NCBI GenBank assembly: GCA_009103225.1
Contig: RHPI01002990.1
Span: 171,034-235,033, forward strand
DNA length: 64,000 bases
Reading direction: 5' to 3'
Origin: Chlorokybus atmophyticus
Taxonomy: Eukaryota; Plantae; Mesostigma and Chlorokybus algae
The translations under genes were made by a program, and so were the position numbers. The notes below the pieces were generated by a model that saw only the letters and a program-made list of their open reading frames with translations, was not told the origin of the DNA and searched no databases. This document shows positions 10,694 through 22,449 of this stretch, in pieces. Within the stretch, counting starts at the first letter, position 1. Each line of letters starts with the position of its first letter.

Positions 10694-13600
10694 ATGGCTG
10701 CGCCGCGGGGGTGGCTTCCCCAGCCTGTGCCAACATGCCTGCTGCTGCTGGTGGCATGCGGCTGCTTGCTGGCGCCGGCGCACGCAAAGTCAGGTAGGGA
10801 CCCAGCTTGCCTTCGAGCAATAGTAATATCTTTGCAGCAGTTTCCTCTGCATGGCTGTGGTTTGCGGTTTGCGCCTTTGCTGGTTGTACAGTGCAAGCTC
10901 CTAATTTTGTGCCCTCAAGCACTGTACATATGCCATGCTTGTTGTGAAGCTATTGAGTTGGTAGTATACATTGGTTCGCTGTCTTCCAGACAACATTGTA
11001 AGCGTATTAACGCTATCGCATGTACACTTGCATGCATGTGTCATCATAGCATATCTGTCAACACATGGTGGTCACCTGCAGTGCCCAATAAACGCACCGA
11101 CCATGTGACAGTGCTGCACTCAGAGTTCGTGCCTAAATCCAAACCCTAACCTTGACTTACCCTGATTAGTAAATTGGACTGTCACTCGCTCAGGCGTTGA
11201 CCAGGCTTGAGTCTTGGTCAGCTTCATTTGGCATTGTGGTCTGCGCAACGTGAGGCAGGTCAGCTTACATCTTGCTGTATGCGGGTTCAGTATTGGTCGA
11301 CACGTTTGACGCCCTAAGCAAGGCCGTTCAAGACGAGACCATCGACGAGATTGTGGTGAGCGGTGTGCTGCCTGTGACCAGCAAACTCAACGTCAGCCGC
11401 AACCTGTCCATTACGGCTACAAGCCATGGTGCAGCCAGTCTGGTGAGACGGGTCCCAGGAGTCATGCTCCTGGTTGACACCACAGGCCACCTGCTCATGT
11501 CCAAAGTGAGCATAGGCGGAGCAACCGTGCAGGTCAGGTGCTTGACGAGATTTCTTGTGTGAATGTGGTGTCTGGATGCCACTCAACCATGGGTTGCACG
11601 GCATGCACCACCTTGAGCGCCAACAAGCCTGCAGTACTCTGGCTGCTAGATACATGTAAGCTGAGTAAGCTTGTATGTGATAAGTTTGACTTGGACAGCT
11701 ATTGTTTGCCAGCAGGATGGCCACAAGCCTTTGCAGCTGTGCAGGCTGTGCAGTGTTCACCCTCTCGTGTTGTATTGCTGCTGTGCCACTGGTTTACGCA
11801 GAATTGGTACAGTAGTTGTTAAGAGTGCTGCAGTTGGCAGTCTGAGGTCATCGCCGGTTATGGTCACGAGTCAAGGGAGGTGGGCTCTGTACACACGGAC
11901 GCATGTGGAGAGAGTTGTGCGTGCATGTGTACAAACTTAATTATTGATGTCTGTGTCTCTTTCACCAGGGTCTTGGCTCAGCAGTGGAAGTTCGAGGCAT
12001 TGCCAGCTTGGTCGATTGCAAATTCAAAGACAACCGTGTTGCGGGCCAAGGCGGTGCCATACACAGTTCGGGCAGATTGACGCTCACAGCCTGCGTGTTC
12101 AACAACAACCACGCTGTAAGCATAGTAGCAACACAATTCCCCTGCATAACATGGCAAATGAACTCAAGGGTGACTGCCACAGTTGCTTGGCTTTACAATC
12201 TGCTCATTTACCAAGTTACCAAAACTCATATACCTATATACATGCCCTCTTGTAGCAACCAGTTTGGCCAGTGCAATTACCAGCCCATCACACTCTAAGG
12301 CGTACATGCAAGCATGGCAGAAGTGCAGCTTTCCCTTGCTTGCTTTCAGGTGGCGCGCTATGGTATATACTATATGTCACATACATCATTGCATCAAAGC
12401 AGGTGCTACTGTGGTTGGAGACACACACTGGCATGATGCACAGGTTGAAGGCGGCGCGATCCATCATGCGGCGGGTCGACTGACCTTGAAGAGCTGCCAG
12501 TTTGCAAACAACTCTGCAGCGACCGGTGGTGGTGCCATAAGCTCGCATGGGAAGGGCTCAATAGTGAATTGCACTTTCGAGTACAACTCAGCTGAAGGCG
12601 CGGTACGCAGCTGATGACCGATGGTGTTCTGCAAACTGATGGTATGCAATACAGAAAAAGTCATGCGTGTGCGATTGCTGTGCAGGCTGGTCCTAATGAT
12701 ATCCAGCTAGGAGGGGGCGCGATAGCTGCGAATAAGGGCGCTAGTTTGAACATTCAGCGCTGCAACTTCACTGGTGGTGCTGCCTATGCCGGTGCCGCTA
12801 TCTCTCTCAATCACGGTTATGGAGATTGCTTGGTGTGGGTAGAAGGCTCCGTCTTCATCAACAACAAGGCAACTGTACGCTTTCATGGAGAATGTCATGT
12901 GTTTGTCTTGTCGTGCATGCGTACATGTATTCATTGTGGTCAATCTGCACCTGTGTTGCAGAAAGGTGGAGCTGCTTCGGTGTTCTCAATCTTGGCCTTT
13001 TCCCCCAAACCTGCAAGTAGAGTTCTCACCGTAGTTGAATGCTATTTCGACCACAACATCGGCAGGGAGGGTGGAACTCTATACGTTGAAGGCAACCTCA
13101 CCATGAACAACAGCATCATTGTCAACAGCCATAGCGAGGTGAGCACTGAAGCACCCACCTATGCTACACGACGTGTTGCATGGCTGCGTGTGCTGCCATT
13201 CTGCAAGTGCTCTCAAGTGACCAAAGTGCTAGGCTTTACATACAACATTGACAAAAATGTTCTTGCAGATTGGCGCACTGGCTGTAACTTTAAGTGCCTC
13301 CGCAAAGGTGTACAATTCCAACTTCACAGGAAATGTGGCTCAAGTGAGTCGCACACGGCATGACATCTATGCATTGGGCCATGAGGTTTGGTCATGGGCG
13401 TCAGAGTACTCATGCATAGCTTGTCATGTGCGCCTTCGGGGCTTCTTGTATGCCGTGCGCATTGCATAAGTGCAGTGTCTTCTCATGTTCTCTTGCGTTA
13501 TTGATCACAGAGTCAAATTTGCCTGTCTGTGCACTGGTAGAGAGGAGGCGCTATTGGCTGCACTGATGGTGCCAGCGAGCTTCAAATAGAAGAGACACTG

Positions 13601-16600
13601 TTTGAGGGTAACTCCGCAACTATTGAGGACGGAGGCGCCATCTTGTTGTTCGCCTCATTAGATTCTTCGCTCTGTCCCTTGGTGGCAACTCGCTGCAATT
13701 TTACCAAGAACTTCTCCAATGTAAGTTGACCTTCCCCAATGTCAGTTGACTGCAGCAGGTATGTGTGCGCATGACAATTGCCTCTGGCACCCACGCATAA
13801 ACTGGTGGCTTGCACCAATGTCTTTGCCAAAGTAACTGTTTCGAGTGAGTGTCAGTTTCAATGACCATACGCTGTTAGTCATCAGCGGTACACAACAACA
13901 GCCGTGTTCTAGAGGGACTCTGGTGCCATACATGTTGGGTCAACCACGGCGGACAATGCCCAAAAGCCACGCACACTTATATCGTGCCGCTTTGTTGGGA
14001 ATGTTGCGCAAGTAAGAAGAGCTAGTTGGCTCATTGCGCCGCTCCTTCACGTCATCCGTGTGCTCATATGGTCGTCCGTTGCCTTCTGCAGCTGAGCGGC
14101 GGAGCAATTACATCGGGATATAGACTTTGGATAACCAACTCAACATTTGACAGCAATCAAGCAGCGGTACGTTCGGACAAAGCTTTAAGCAGACTCACGG
14201 TGTAATCAGGGTGTGAAACCTTTTGTGTGTACAGAGACTTCTACTCTTGAAGTGTTTACTTCTTGCAGGATGGTGGCGCGATTCGCAACACTGGCCGGGA
14301 GTATTATGTATGTTGCAGCGCCATGTTACTGTGTGATGCAGTGCTGCTGCTGCTGCTGAAAGTTTTCTGTGCTTGCAGGAACAGGGGACGACATTTACAG
14401 GAGTAAGCTACATCACAAACAACTTGCTGAGTGTCTCGCAATGTACTTTTTGCAACAACTTCTGCAGGGTATGCCAAATGAGACACTTCTCGCCACCCAT
14501 GCAGGCTCTTGCTTGCTGTGCGTGTTGACTGGCCTTGTTGACCAGCACGTAGTGAGTGTTGTTGTCCTTCTGCTGTCCAGGTACAGCAGGTTGGACGAGC
14601 GTGCACAGGAGGGGCCATTCAAAATGAATTTGGCAAAGCAACCATAACCGGTTCCAGGTTCTTCAACAACACTGCATCGGTATGTCTGTCCAACAGATGA
14701 GCAAAACTGCCTGGTCATTGTGCAATGCATCATTACTTTTGCACATCAGTTGGGAGGGGCGTTTTATAGCGGAAGCAAGGTACTGCAAAGCACTGGCTGT
14801 CACCTCTGGCCGACAATCACAACTGTGAAGGTGCGCGTGCACTGAGGTTTGACAGGTTCACATGATCTCTGTGCATTGTGATGCACGCATGCATATAAGG
14901 CCACCCACTCAGCGCCTGATTTTATTGCTGAGCAGGACTCTACATTCGTCAATAACTCTGCTGGAAAGGGTGGTGCGGTGTCTTTGGACGCCTCCTTGTG
15001 CGAGCGTGCAGCCAATGTGAGCTTTCACAACGTGACCCTGACCAGTAATAGTGCAACCAATGGAGGCGCATTCTACATCACCTGCTTTAACGCCACCACC
15101 TGCCCAACGCTTGATTGCTGCACCCTCACTGACAACAACGCCAGTGACGGCGGGGCAGCCGTGTATTGCGACGTCGTGCCCAACATCTCCTGCTCTGTAA
15201 GCCCCTAAGATCACAGCGCAGTCTTCACATGCGCTCCTCTGCCAGCATGCTTCACTCTTGCTTTGCCCGTGCAGTAGCACGCATGCTGGCTGCCTCACGC
15301 ATGCTGGCTGCCTCACGCATGATTGCTCTCTTCATAGGATGGAAGTCTGTTGAACATCTCAGTTGGGTGCCCTGACTGGGTTGGCAACAGCGCGGGGAAT
15401 GGCTATGGCAATGTGTTCGCCTCTGCACCTGTCGAATTGCGGTTGTCCAACTCGAGCTTCGCATCGCACACCAGCCAGCAATCAATAAGCAACGTCAGCG
15501 TCTATCTTGTCGACCGATTTGAGCAAGTCGTATATTCGGGCCAATACGACGGCACAGTCATCAGCTTACCGGTATTGATTCGAGAGTGAATAAGCATGCA
15601 CCTTGCGCCCTTTGTCATGACGTTGTCAATGTGTAACTGTTGGCCGGTAGGTATCAAACGGCAGCTGCAACCTGTTAGGGGATGTCACGACAGCGTTATA
15701 TAATGGATCCGCAATGCTAAACATCACTGTCAACGGCACCGTGGGTGACCACGTGTTGCAGTTGTCGACAGACGGAGCACAGCTGCCTGTGCTACATGTT
15801 CCGCTCTCCGTTGGCATTCGTGCCTGCCAACAAGGAGAAATTGCCACTGCAGGTAATAAGTTATTGCAATGAGAGGCAGTGCATGCAGGCACTCAAGCAT
15901 GTTTGCATGCGCCACCACTGTGCAGAGTGCGTACCTGAATGCGTCCATGCACTCACGCAGTGAAGTGTATGGACGCATGCAGGTATGCACACAAACCCTG
16001 TATTGATGCTATCTGTGCGTACATGTTCACAACTGAAGCGTACCAGCGTGATGTGGGGACGCTTCAAACATATGCGTGCATGGTATCTTTGCACTGGTGC
16101 AAGTTGGCATATCTTCACCGAGTGCCTGCAGTTGCGCGAAGCTTGGCATGTGGCGAGTCTCACCTGTTGCTTGCCCCCTTGACAGACGGCGGCTGCAAGC
16201 TATGCAGCGCTCCAACCTTTAGCTGGGCTAACACGTCCGCAAATTGCTCGAGCTGCCAAGCAAATGCCATCTGCTTCGGTGGTGCTGTGGTGGTGCCGGA
16301 AGATGGCTTCTGGCGCTCAAGCTTTTACTCTACTGACACCCTCCAGTGTCCAAACGCAGAGGCGTGCACGTACACCAACCGTTCGAGTGATCTTAATGCC
16401 TCAGGTTGGCGTGGGGAATCCGCAAGCGTAGTGCACTACCGTGCGCAGCTGTGTGCCAAGGGGTACACTGGCAACCTCTGCGCCGTTTGTTGCCAAAAGT
16501 ATGGCATGACGCGGATTATTGGCAAGACCCAATGCAGCAAATGCCCATCCACTGCCGTCAAAGCCGTGTACATGTTGATCTGGATTATGGTGGAGGTGGC

Positions 16601-17984
16601 GTTAGTCTCTGCTCTCATTGCGCTGACAGTCATGCCAATGAGGAGTGCGAGCTTGGGGCAGCTGCTGAACGGTCCCTCACAGCTGAAGCTCAGCATTCAT
16701 TTCTTTCAGTTGGTGGCACTTGCCTTTGTCATCCAGCACGAATGGCCTGCGCCAATAGACTACATGACGGAAGCGCTTGCAACAGTGTTTCTTGCTCAGA
16801 GCCAGCTACTGCCTTTGGACTGTTTCATGTCTGCTGGAAGCAGCAGCAAGGCTTTCAGGACGACAATCATCTACGCTGTTCTGCCTGTTGCTGCGATGGT
16901 GCCTCCCGTGCTGTTCTGGAGTATACAGCATTGGTGGTCGCACGGTTGGCGACACAAGGTCACAAGTGACGCGCATGCTAATGAGACAACACCTTCGTAT
17001 GGCGTAACCTTCTGGCAATGCATCGTGCCGAGCATATTGTGCGTGGTGTTCTTCCTTTGGCCCACCACCGTTGCAAACTCCCTCGCACTCTTCAGCTGCC
17101 GACGTGTGGACACTGGCGCTCTCTCTCCCAACAATTCAGATCAGGTGCGTGCATGTTGCTTCTGCTGTTTCCTTTGCACTTTAATGTCTGCGACTAGCAC
17201 CTGCTATCTCGGATTGAAGATTCAAAGGCTGTTGCTACAGCTGCCGTGTATGACGCATACTGTTACGCAACATGGTGTTCACTTGCAGGTGCTGGGCTTG
17301 CATTGGGTGAGCGACATGAACGTGAAGTGCTTCGAGGGCGAGCATCTGGCGTACACGCTGGGATTCGGCATTCCCGGGTTAGTTCTATCCGTGTTGCTAC
17401 TCCCAGGATGCCTCTGCTGGGTGTTGAATTCCAACCGCAACAAGCTCGATCAGCCTTGGATGATGCGCTGCTGGGGTTTTCAGTACATAATGTACAAGCC
17501 CAAAGCCTACTTGTGGGATGGTGCGCTGCACTTTCTTAAGCTTGCGCTTGTGATCAACTCCGTGCTGCTGGGTAATGCTGGGGGGCAGGCTCAAAATGCC
17601 ATTGCCTTTGGCATTGTGACTATTGCCACATTCTTGCACTGGCACACACAGCCGTACGCGCCACTGAGCCCTGAACGACTGAGTGGTTTCGCTCACACTG
17701 CTGCCTCCTACTTCGTCTTCTTGGGCATGCTGGTCTTTCTCCACCCCAGCAGGGGCATCACGATCGCCATTGATGTGTTCTTTGCACTCGGGCTGGGCGT
17801 CAGTCTGGTCTTCACCTTTTCTGCCGTCGCACGCAGCGCCATCAAGGAGATGCGTGCGCTCAGCCCTGGCAGCGACAAGCAAGCAAACCAATCAGTGCAC
17901 ACTTTGCATAGTGATGAATGGACGAGCGCTTTGGTTGCTTCCAGCCCTTCCAAAGCAGGCAACAGTGCGGGCGCAATCAAGTGA
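10694..17984 (+). CDS. Pmp-repeat beta-helix surface protein with Cys-rich module and multi-pass (about 8 TM) C-terminal domain, paralog B; multi-exon, apparently complete
   Basis: Signal peptide MAAPRGWLPQPVPTCLLLLVACGCLLAPAHAKS. Repeats FKDNRVAGQGGAIHS, FANNSAATGGGAISS, FINNKA..GGAASV, FEGNSATIEDGGAILL, FVNNSAGKGGAVSL, LTSNSATNGGAFYI. Cys module CSSCQANAICFGG...GFWRS...CPNAEAC...CAKGYTGNLCAVC. Hydrophobic segments and CFEGEHLAYTLGFGIPGL, WGFQYIMYKPKAYLWD. Confidence 0.85.
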
Positions 17985-18396
17985 GGTTGCCATACTGTTC
18001 TTGAAATGTTGCACAACGCTACCTTTGAGCAGCAGAGTCCAAGCAAAGCCAATGACATCTGCAGCCATGTACACCCGCTCAATCCTGTCCATGCCAAGGC
18101 ATCTAGTACTAGTACTAGCTCGTAGCAGAGCTAGCCTTGAGCGGCAACTCTGCCCCAACCGGCTACAGAACCCCTGCAGCCATCGCTATAAACATGGACG
18201 CTGCGCGTAAATTGCACAATCAGCACTCAATGGACTGTGGTGGAAGGCTATGTGTGCGCGACGTTTGGTGAGGGTATTTATATCACGACGATGTGAGGAC
18301 TGTGCAAAGGTTGTTGGTAGCAAGCGCCCCCGTACATTGTGTAGTAGCCGTCGTAAAATTTGCTCGAGGGGTGCTCGGGGAGAGAGAGAGAAGGGG

Positions 18397-18717
18397 NNNN
18401 NNNNNNNNNNNNNNNNNNNNNNNNNNNNNNNNNNNNNNNNNNNNNNNNNNNNNNNNNNNNNNNNNNNNNNNNNNNNNNNNNNNNNNNNNNNNNNNNNNNN
18501 NNNNNNNNNNNNNNNNNNNNNNNNNNNNNNNNNNNNNNNNNNNNNNNNNNNNNNNNNNNNNNNNNNNNNNNNNNNNNNNNNNNNNNNNNNNNNNNNNNNN
18601 NNNNNNNNNNNNNNNNNNNNNNNNNNNNNNNNNNNNNNNNNNNNNNNNNNNNNNNNNNNNNNNNNNNNNNNNNNNNNNNNNNNNNNNNNNNNNNNNNNNN
18701 NNNNNNNNNNNNNNNNN
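18397..18717. other. Assembly gap (N run)
   Basis: Run of n next to (AG)n. Confidence 1.
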
Positions 18718-19139
18718 GGGGCGCACGGATTGCCCGCACCACCAAGTAGAACAATTGCCACCTGGTGCAAGTGCTCATGTCCGCCACGCAGTCAATATTA
18801 TAATGGCAACGAGACCGTAAAAGTTTCATGCACGCATGACGGCTGTAGAGGAGGGCGGGGGAGGCTTAGCGACTGTTGCTGCTGTTGCTGGTGCTGAAGA
18901 GACTGGCCGCTAACCGCAGTCGTGGCGCAGGTGATTAACCTAAGTATGCATGCATGCATGACTTACGAGGCAGGTAGTTGTAGAGTCACAGTGCTAGATA
19001 GACGTAGCCCGGTTGTGGTGTAATACGGGTGAAAGCAGATGTGGTATGCTTCAGACTGTGCATGTGCCTTACCTGCCTGTTTCACACCATGCCGGCATAG
19101 CAGCATATCCCTTTTATACGCACCAGCCGCTAGGGCAGG

Positions 19140-19350
19140 TTGGCGGTGTCCTCCGAACCTGGGAGGGATCACCGCTAGCAACCCGACGTTACCAGCACCG
19201 CTTGCGGGCCCAAGCAAGGAGAGCACGTGGCTGCGCGGGAGGCCGAGCAAGTGGCGGAAGTACAGGGATCACCTGCCGGCGGACGAGTTCTTCCCGTTGG
19301 CGGCGGAGACGCAAGGCACGCTGGGCGACGCCTTGAACCGTGATCGCTGA
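19140..19350 (+). mobile_element. Decayed restriction-like endonuclease (RLE) C-terminus of a non-LTR retrotransposon
   Basis: ITASNPTLPAPLAGPSKE [shift] HVAAREAEQ [shift] KWRKYRDHLPADEFFPLAAETQGTLGDAL matches the RLE-clade pattern DVTVxxP...AAxxAExxKxxKY...FxPxAxETxGxxG, with two compensating indels. Confidence 0.6.
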
Positions 19351-20984
19351 GGTGCGCCCGCTAGGCCATACGCGCCCGGGGCCTGCCGCTTGCCCGCCTG
19401 AGTGGGTACGTGGCCCTGCTTAGGTAGCGCATGGCATGCGCGCTCCAGCGAGCGCAGGGCATGGCGTTGCTCGAGAGAGGAGCGGCGGTGGCGGTTGCGC
19501 CCGCTGGACCCTGCTGCGAGCGGCGAGCCCGACAGAGGAGGCGGTCGTGATGATTGCGGGGGCGCCACGGACGCTGAGTTGCTAGCGTAGCCGTAAAGCG
19601 CTGATGTATTTGGTCGGTTGGTTAGGCATGGACGCCGTGTATGTGACGCTTGTGTTTTGGGTAATATGATTAGTGTTTGAGTAACAACAAATGCCCTCAA
19701 GAGCAACATGTTGCCAATCGTGAACATGCGCAGAGGGCTTGCGCGCACAGCCTGCTGAGCTGCCGCGGCCAGTACCATGGTGGTGGCCTGTGCGTGTTGA
19801 GATGCGACACAAACGTGCTGAAAGCATTGACAAAGTGCGACAGATATTTCGTCAAGCTCGCTGCGTTCAGATATGACATGCAATGTGACTCGCCAGCGGG
19901 CGTTAGCATGCACGTTTACACAACAGTCTCGCATACTATCTCTTTTAATCAATCTCTTGCACCCACCCACCTGCATGCATGAACCAACGCACCCGCACCC
20001 TTGCACGCCCATTACAACGAGGGGCTTGATGGCTGGCAGCTGGACAGGAGAAGATAGAGTCGGAGGCGACCGGGGGTGGCTGATGGTTAACCTTCGCAGC
20101 GTAGGTGGAGGGACGGTGAAGGGTGCGGAAAGGTTGACAGTGGCAATGCAAGAGTGCGCAAGCATGCAAAATGATGCACATACGCGTGCAGAAGTTTGTG
20201 TGTGGGGATACCATATAGAGGAAGCAGACAAGTAGTATGACAGCTTGTATTACACACATAGGCCCTCAAGCAACGGTCATGGTCACGATTTGCAGTGTAG
20301 ATGACGGGCAAGTGTTGCAGCACTGATTGTGACATTGGGATTTTGCAGGCTCTCAGCAGTGCTTGCTTGTAACCCGCTGCTGTCTGTGACCGCGCTCGTG
20401 TTCTACATGCAAGCGGTTTTGGCTTTGTAGTTGACAGTGGTGGCTTTACTGTTGCTTTTCTTGGGGAGAGGTCCGACTGGAGGGCCCTGCTGTCGGACCT
20501 CTCCCCAAGTGCAAGCCAGCAGCTCCCCGAGGGCGCCGCTTGCTTGACGTCAACTCGTATGGCGCACATGCCGGGGGGGAGTGTGCAGGTCATTCTTGCA
20601 GAAGTAAGTTAAGGGCTCGCCTTCCAAATTCTGAGGAGTCTCAGCCTGTTGTAGGTGTTCACAGTGATGCCCGCTCGGAGAAACAAAACCGCATGCTTGC
20701 CTTCATACGCCACCAAATCCTCTATCACCGTCGCTGCTGCTGCTGCTGCTGTCATTGTCGTTGTCGCTACTGCTGCTGTTGGCGTTGTGCGCTAGCAGCT
20801 GCAGGAAGAACTTGTAATATGTCTCTGCATGCGTGTGTGCGAGCGAGCGTGCCTACGTGCACGTGTGTATGTAGCACACCCATTGCTCAGAGTGTGCTTT
20901 GCGCAGCTCTACAATGTCTGTTATGGCAGCACTGACGGGGGGCGCTTGTGTGTCAATGATCATAGAGATGAGAGCGTCTGTCAT
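19269..20984 (-). CDS. Putative multi-exon hypothetical protein with an apparent 1-nt frameshift; 3' part uncertain
   Basis: In-phase exons MTDALISMIIDTQ...HSEQW|LLAHNANSSSSDNDND...GFGG|AETPQNLEGEPLTYFCKNDLHTP(C7)GMCAIRVDVKQ...CLRAY with canonical splice sites; long downstream ORF 19269-20231. Confidence 0.35.
20460..20509. repeat. Perfect 18-bp-arm inverted repeat with 14-nt loop
   Basis: cttggggagaggtccgac-tggagggccctgct-gtcggacctctccccaag; the loop contains the palindrome agggccct. Confidence 0.95.
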
Positions 20985-21300
20985 ATGAGACAACTGTAAG
21001 GACACATAGATTACCTGGAAACCATGACGTGTCAATTTGGCGTTGCAAGGTTGTGCGTGGCTGCTGTACTGACTGGGCGGTTTCTACCAACATCTTCCCC
21101 TGTACGAGTTGGTCCCATGCCTGCTGACATTTATGATTTACAACTCAACTGAAAGCAAACGATGTCCAATACGCAACGTACGCTAGCTGACACCAATTGA
21201 TAAAACCCAAATAATGGGGACCTACATTCTAGAGAACAGCGCTACGCAACAAAAACAGTCCACACAAGTGAAGCACAATCCGACGGCGTGTCCACCTACA

Positions 21301-22449
21301 CTACAACTCTGCAGCAGGCAGTGTGGTAGCTGGAATAGGCATAGCCACAACCACCTCAGCAATCCCCTTTCGCGCGCGCATAGCAGCTGCGAGTGCCCGC
21401 GTGAGCAAGTGACACGCCACGCCAAGCGGCCCAAACAGCATGCACAATACTAGCGAGTGTCTACACTCCACATTGAGTCTCAATGACTCCAGCAACACGT
21501 GTCGCGCGGCAAAGAGGTCAAGTGCGAGGCAATGTATCCACGCGGAAGCAACGGTCTCGGCGCTACCGCGAAACATGGACACGATGCCGGGCAACTCGGG
21601 GAGGAGGTACTTGGAGGCGAACATGTAGCGGAGAGTCATGGGAGTCCAGGAGAGGTAAAGGAGGAGGGCGTAGATGCAACCAAGGGCAACGTAGAGGATG
21701 GGAGACTCGACTACACGCCGCGTGCCCTCCCACCTGTATTGGTTGGTGAGGTGGTGATTTGAGCGCATCTTTGTCAACAGGCACGTGGCGATGATTGTGT
21801 GTGTTCGTTGATGACAATTGTTGCTACACATCAAGTCCTTATCCACTTGCCACAACTGCACGGTGCTACACTCATGCAACTAGTAACTCATCCTGCACGT
21901 TGCAGTGCATGCAAAGTGCAATATATCTGTGTATGTCATCGTTGTGGCTGCAAAATAAATCCAGCCAGCTAACTCTACCGCGTGATCATGCGTCAACACC
22001 GTGTGAGAGAGAGCAGCAACAGATCAGCGAAGACATGCAATGCCTTGGTGTGATGGGAACAACATGAGTATGCGCATTGCGCTGACTGTGTCAGCATGCA
22101 TGGCACATGCACACATGCGCATGTCAGCCACAAAGAGAAACACTCGCCTAGGCGCTGCGATCATGAGCGTGTAGATGGGTATGACAGCGGCCGTCCCAAG
22201 GTTGAAGCACACGTCTGCAATGCCGGAGGCGCTCGTCGTTGCAATGGCTGCCTTGTGGCTACTACTCCGCCGCCTTGTGAGCAGCGCCGGCGCCGGCAGC
22301 GGCCGTCTGAGACCACCTGCTACGCCACTCCTCAAAGACGCACGCCAAACCACTGCTGAAGGCCTGGCTGCATGACGCGACACCGCGACTGGGCAGGAGC
22401 AGCACCATGTTGATCCCGCCAACGCCGTCGCCGCCGCCGCCACCGCCAT
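21301..22449 (-). CDS. ABA4: ABA DEFICIENT 4-like (DUF4281) neoxanthin-synthesis membrane protein, chloroplastic; 2 exons, 244 aa
   Basis: Ala/Ser/Arg transit peptide; [20 protein letters not shown]|[10 protein letters not shown]...[29 protein letters not shown]...[18 protein letters not shown]...[14 protein letters not shown]. Exons 22449-22148 and 21733-21301 total 735 nt. Confidence 0.92.

Noticed and set aside
15278-15321. 18-bp tandem repeat cacgcatgctggctgcct
   Set aside because: About 2.4 copies in an intron; ordinary slippage, no spacers, not CRISPR-like
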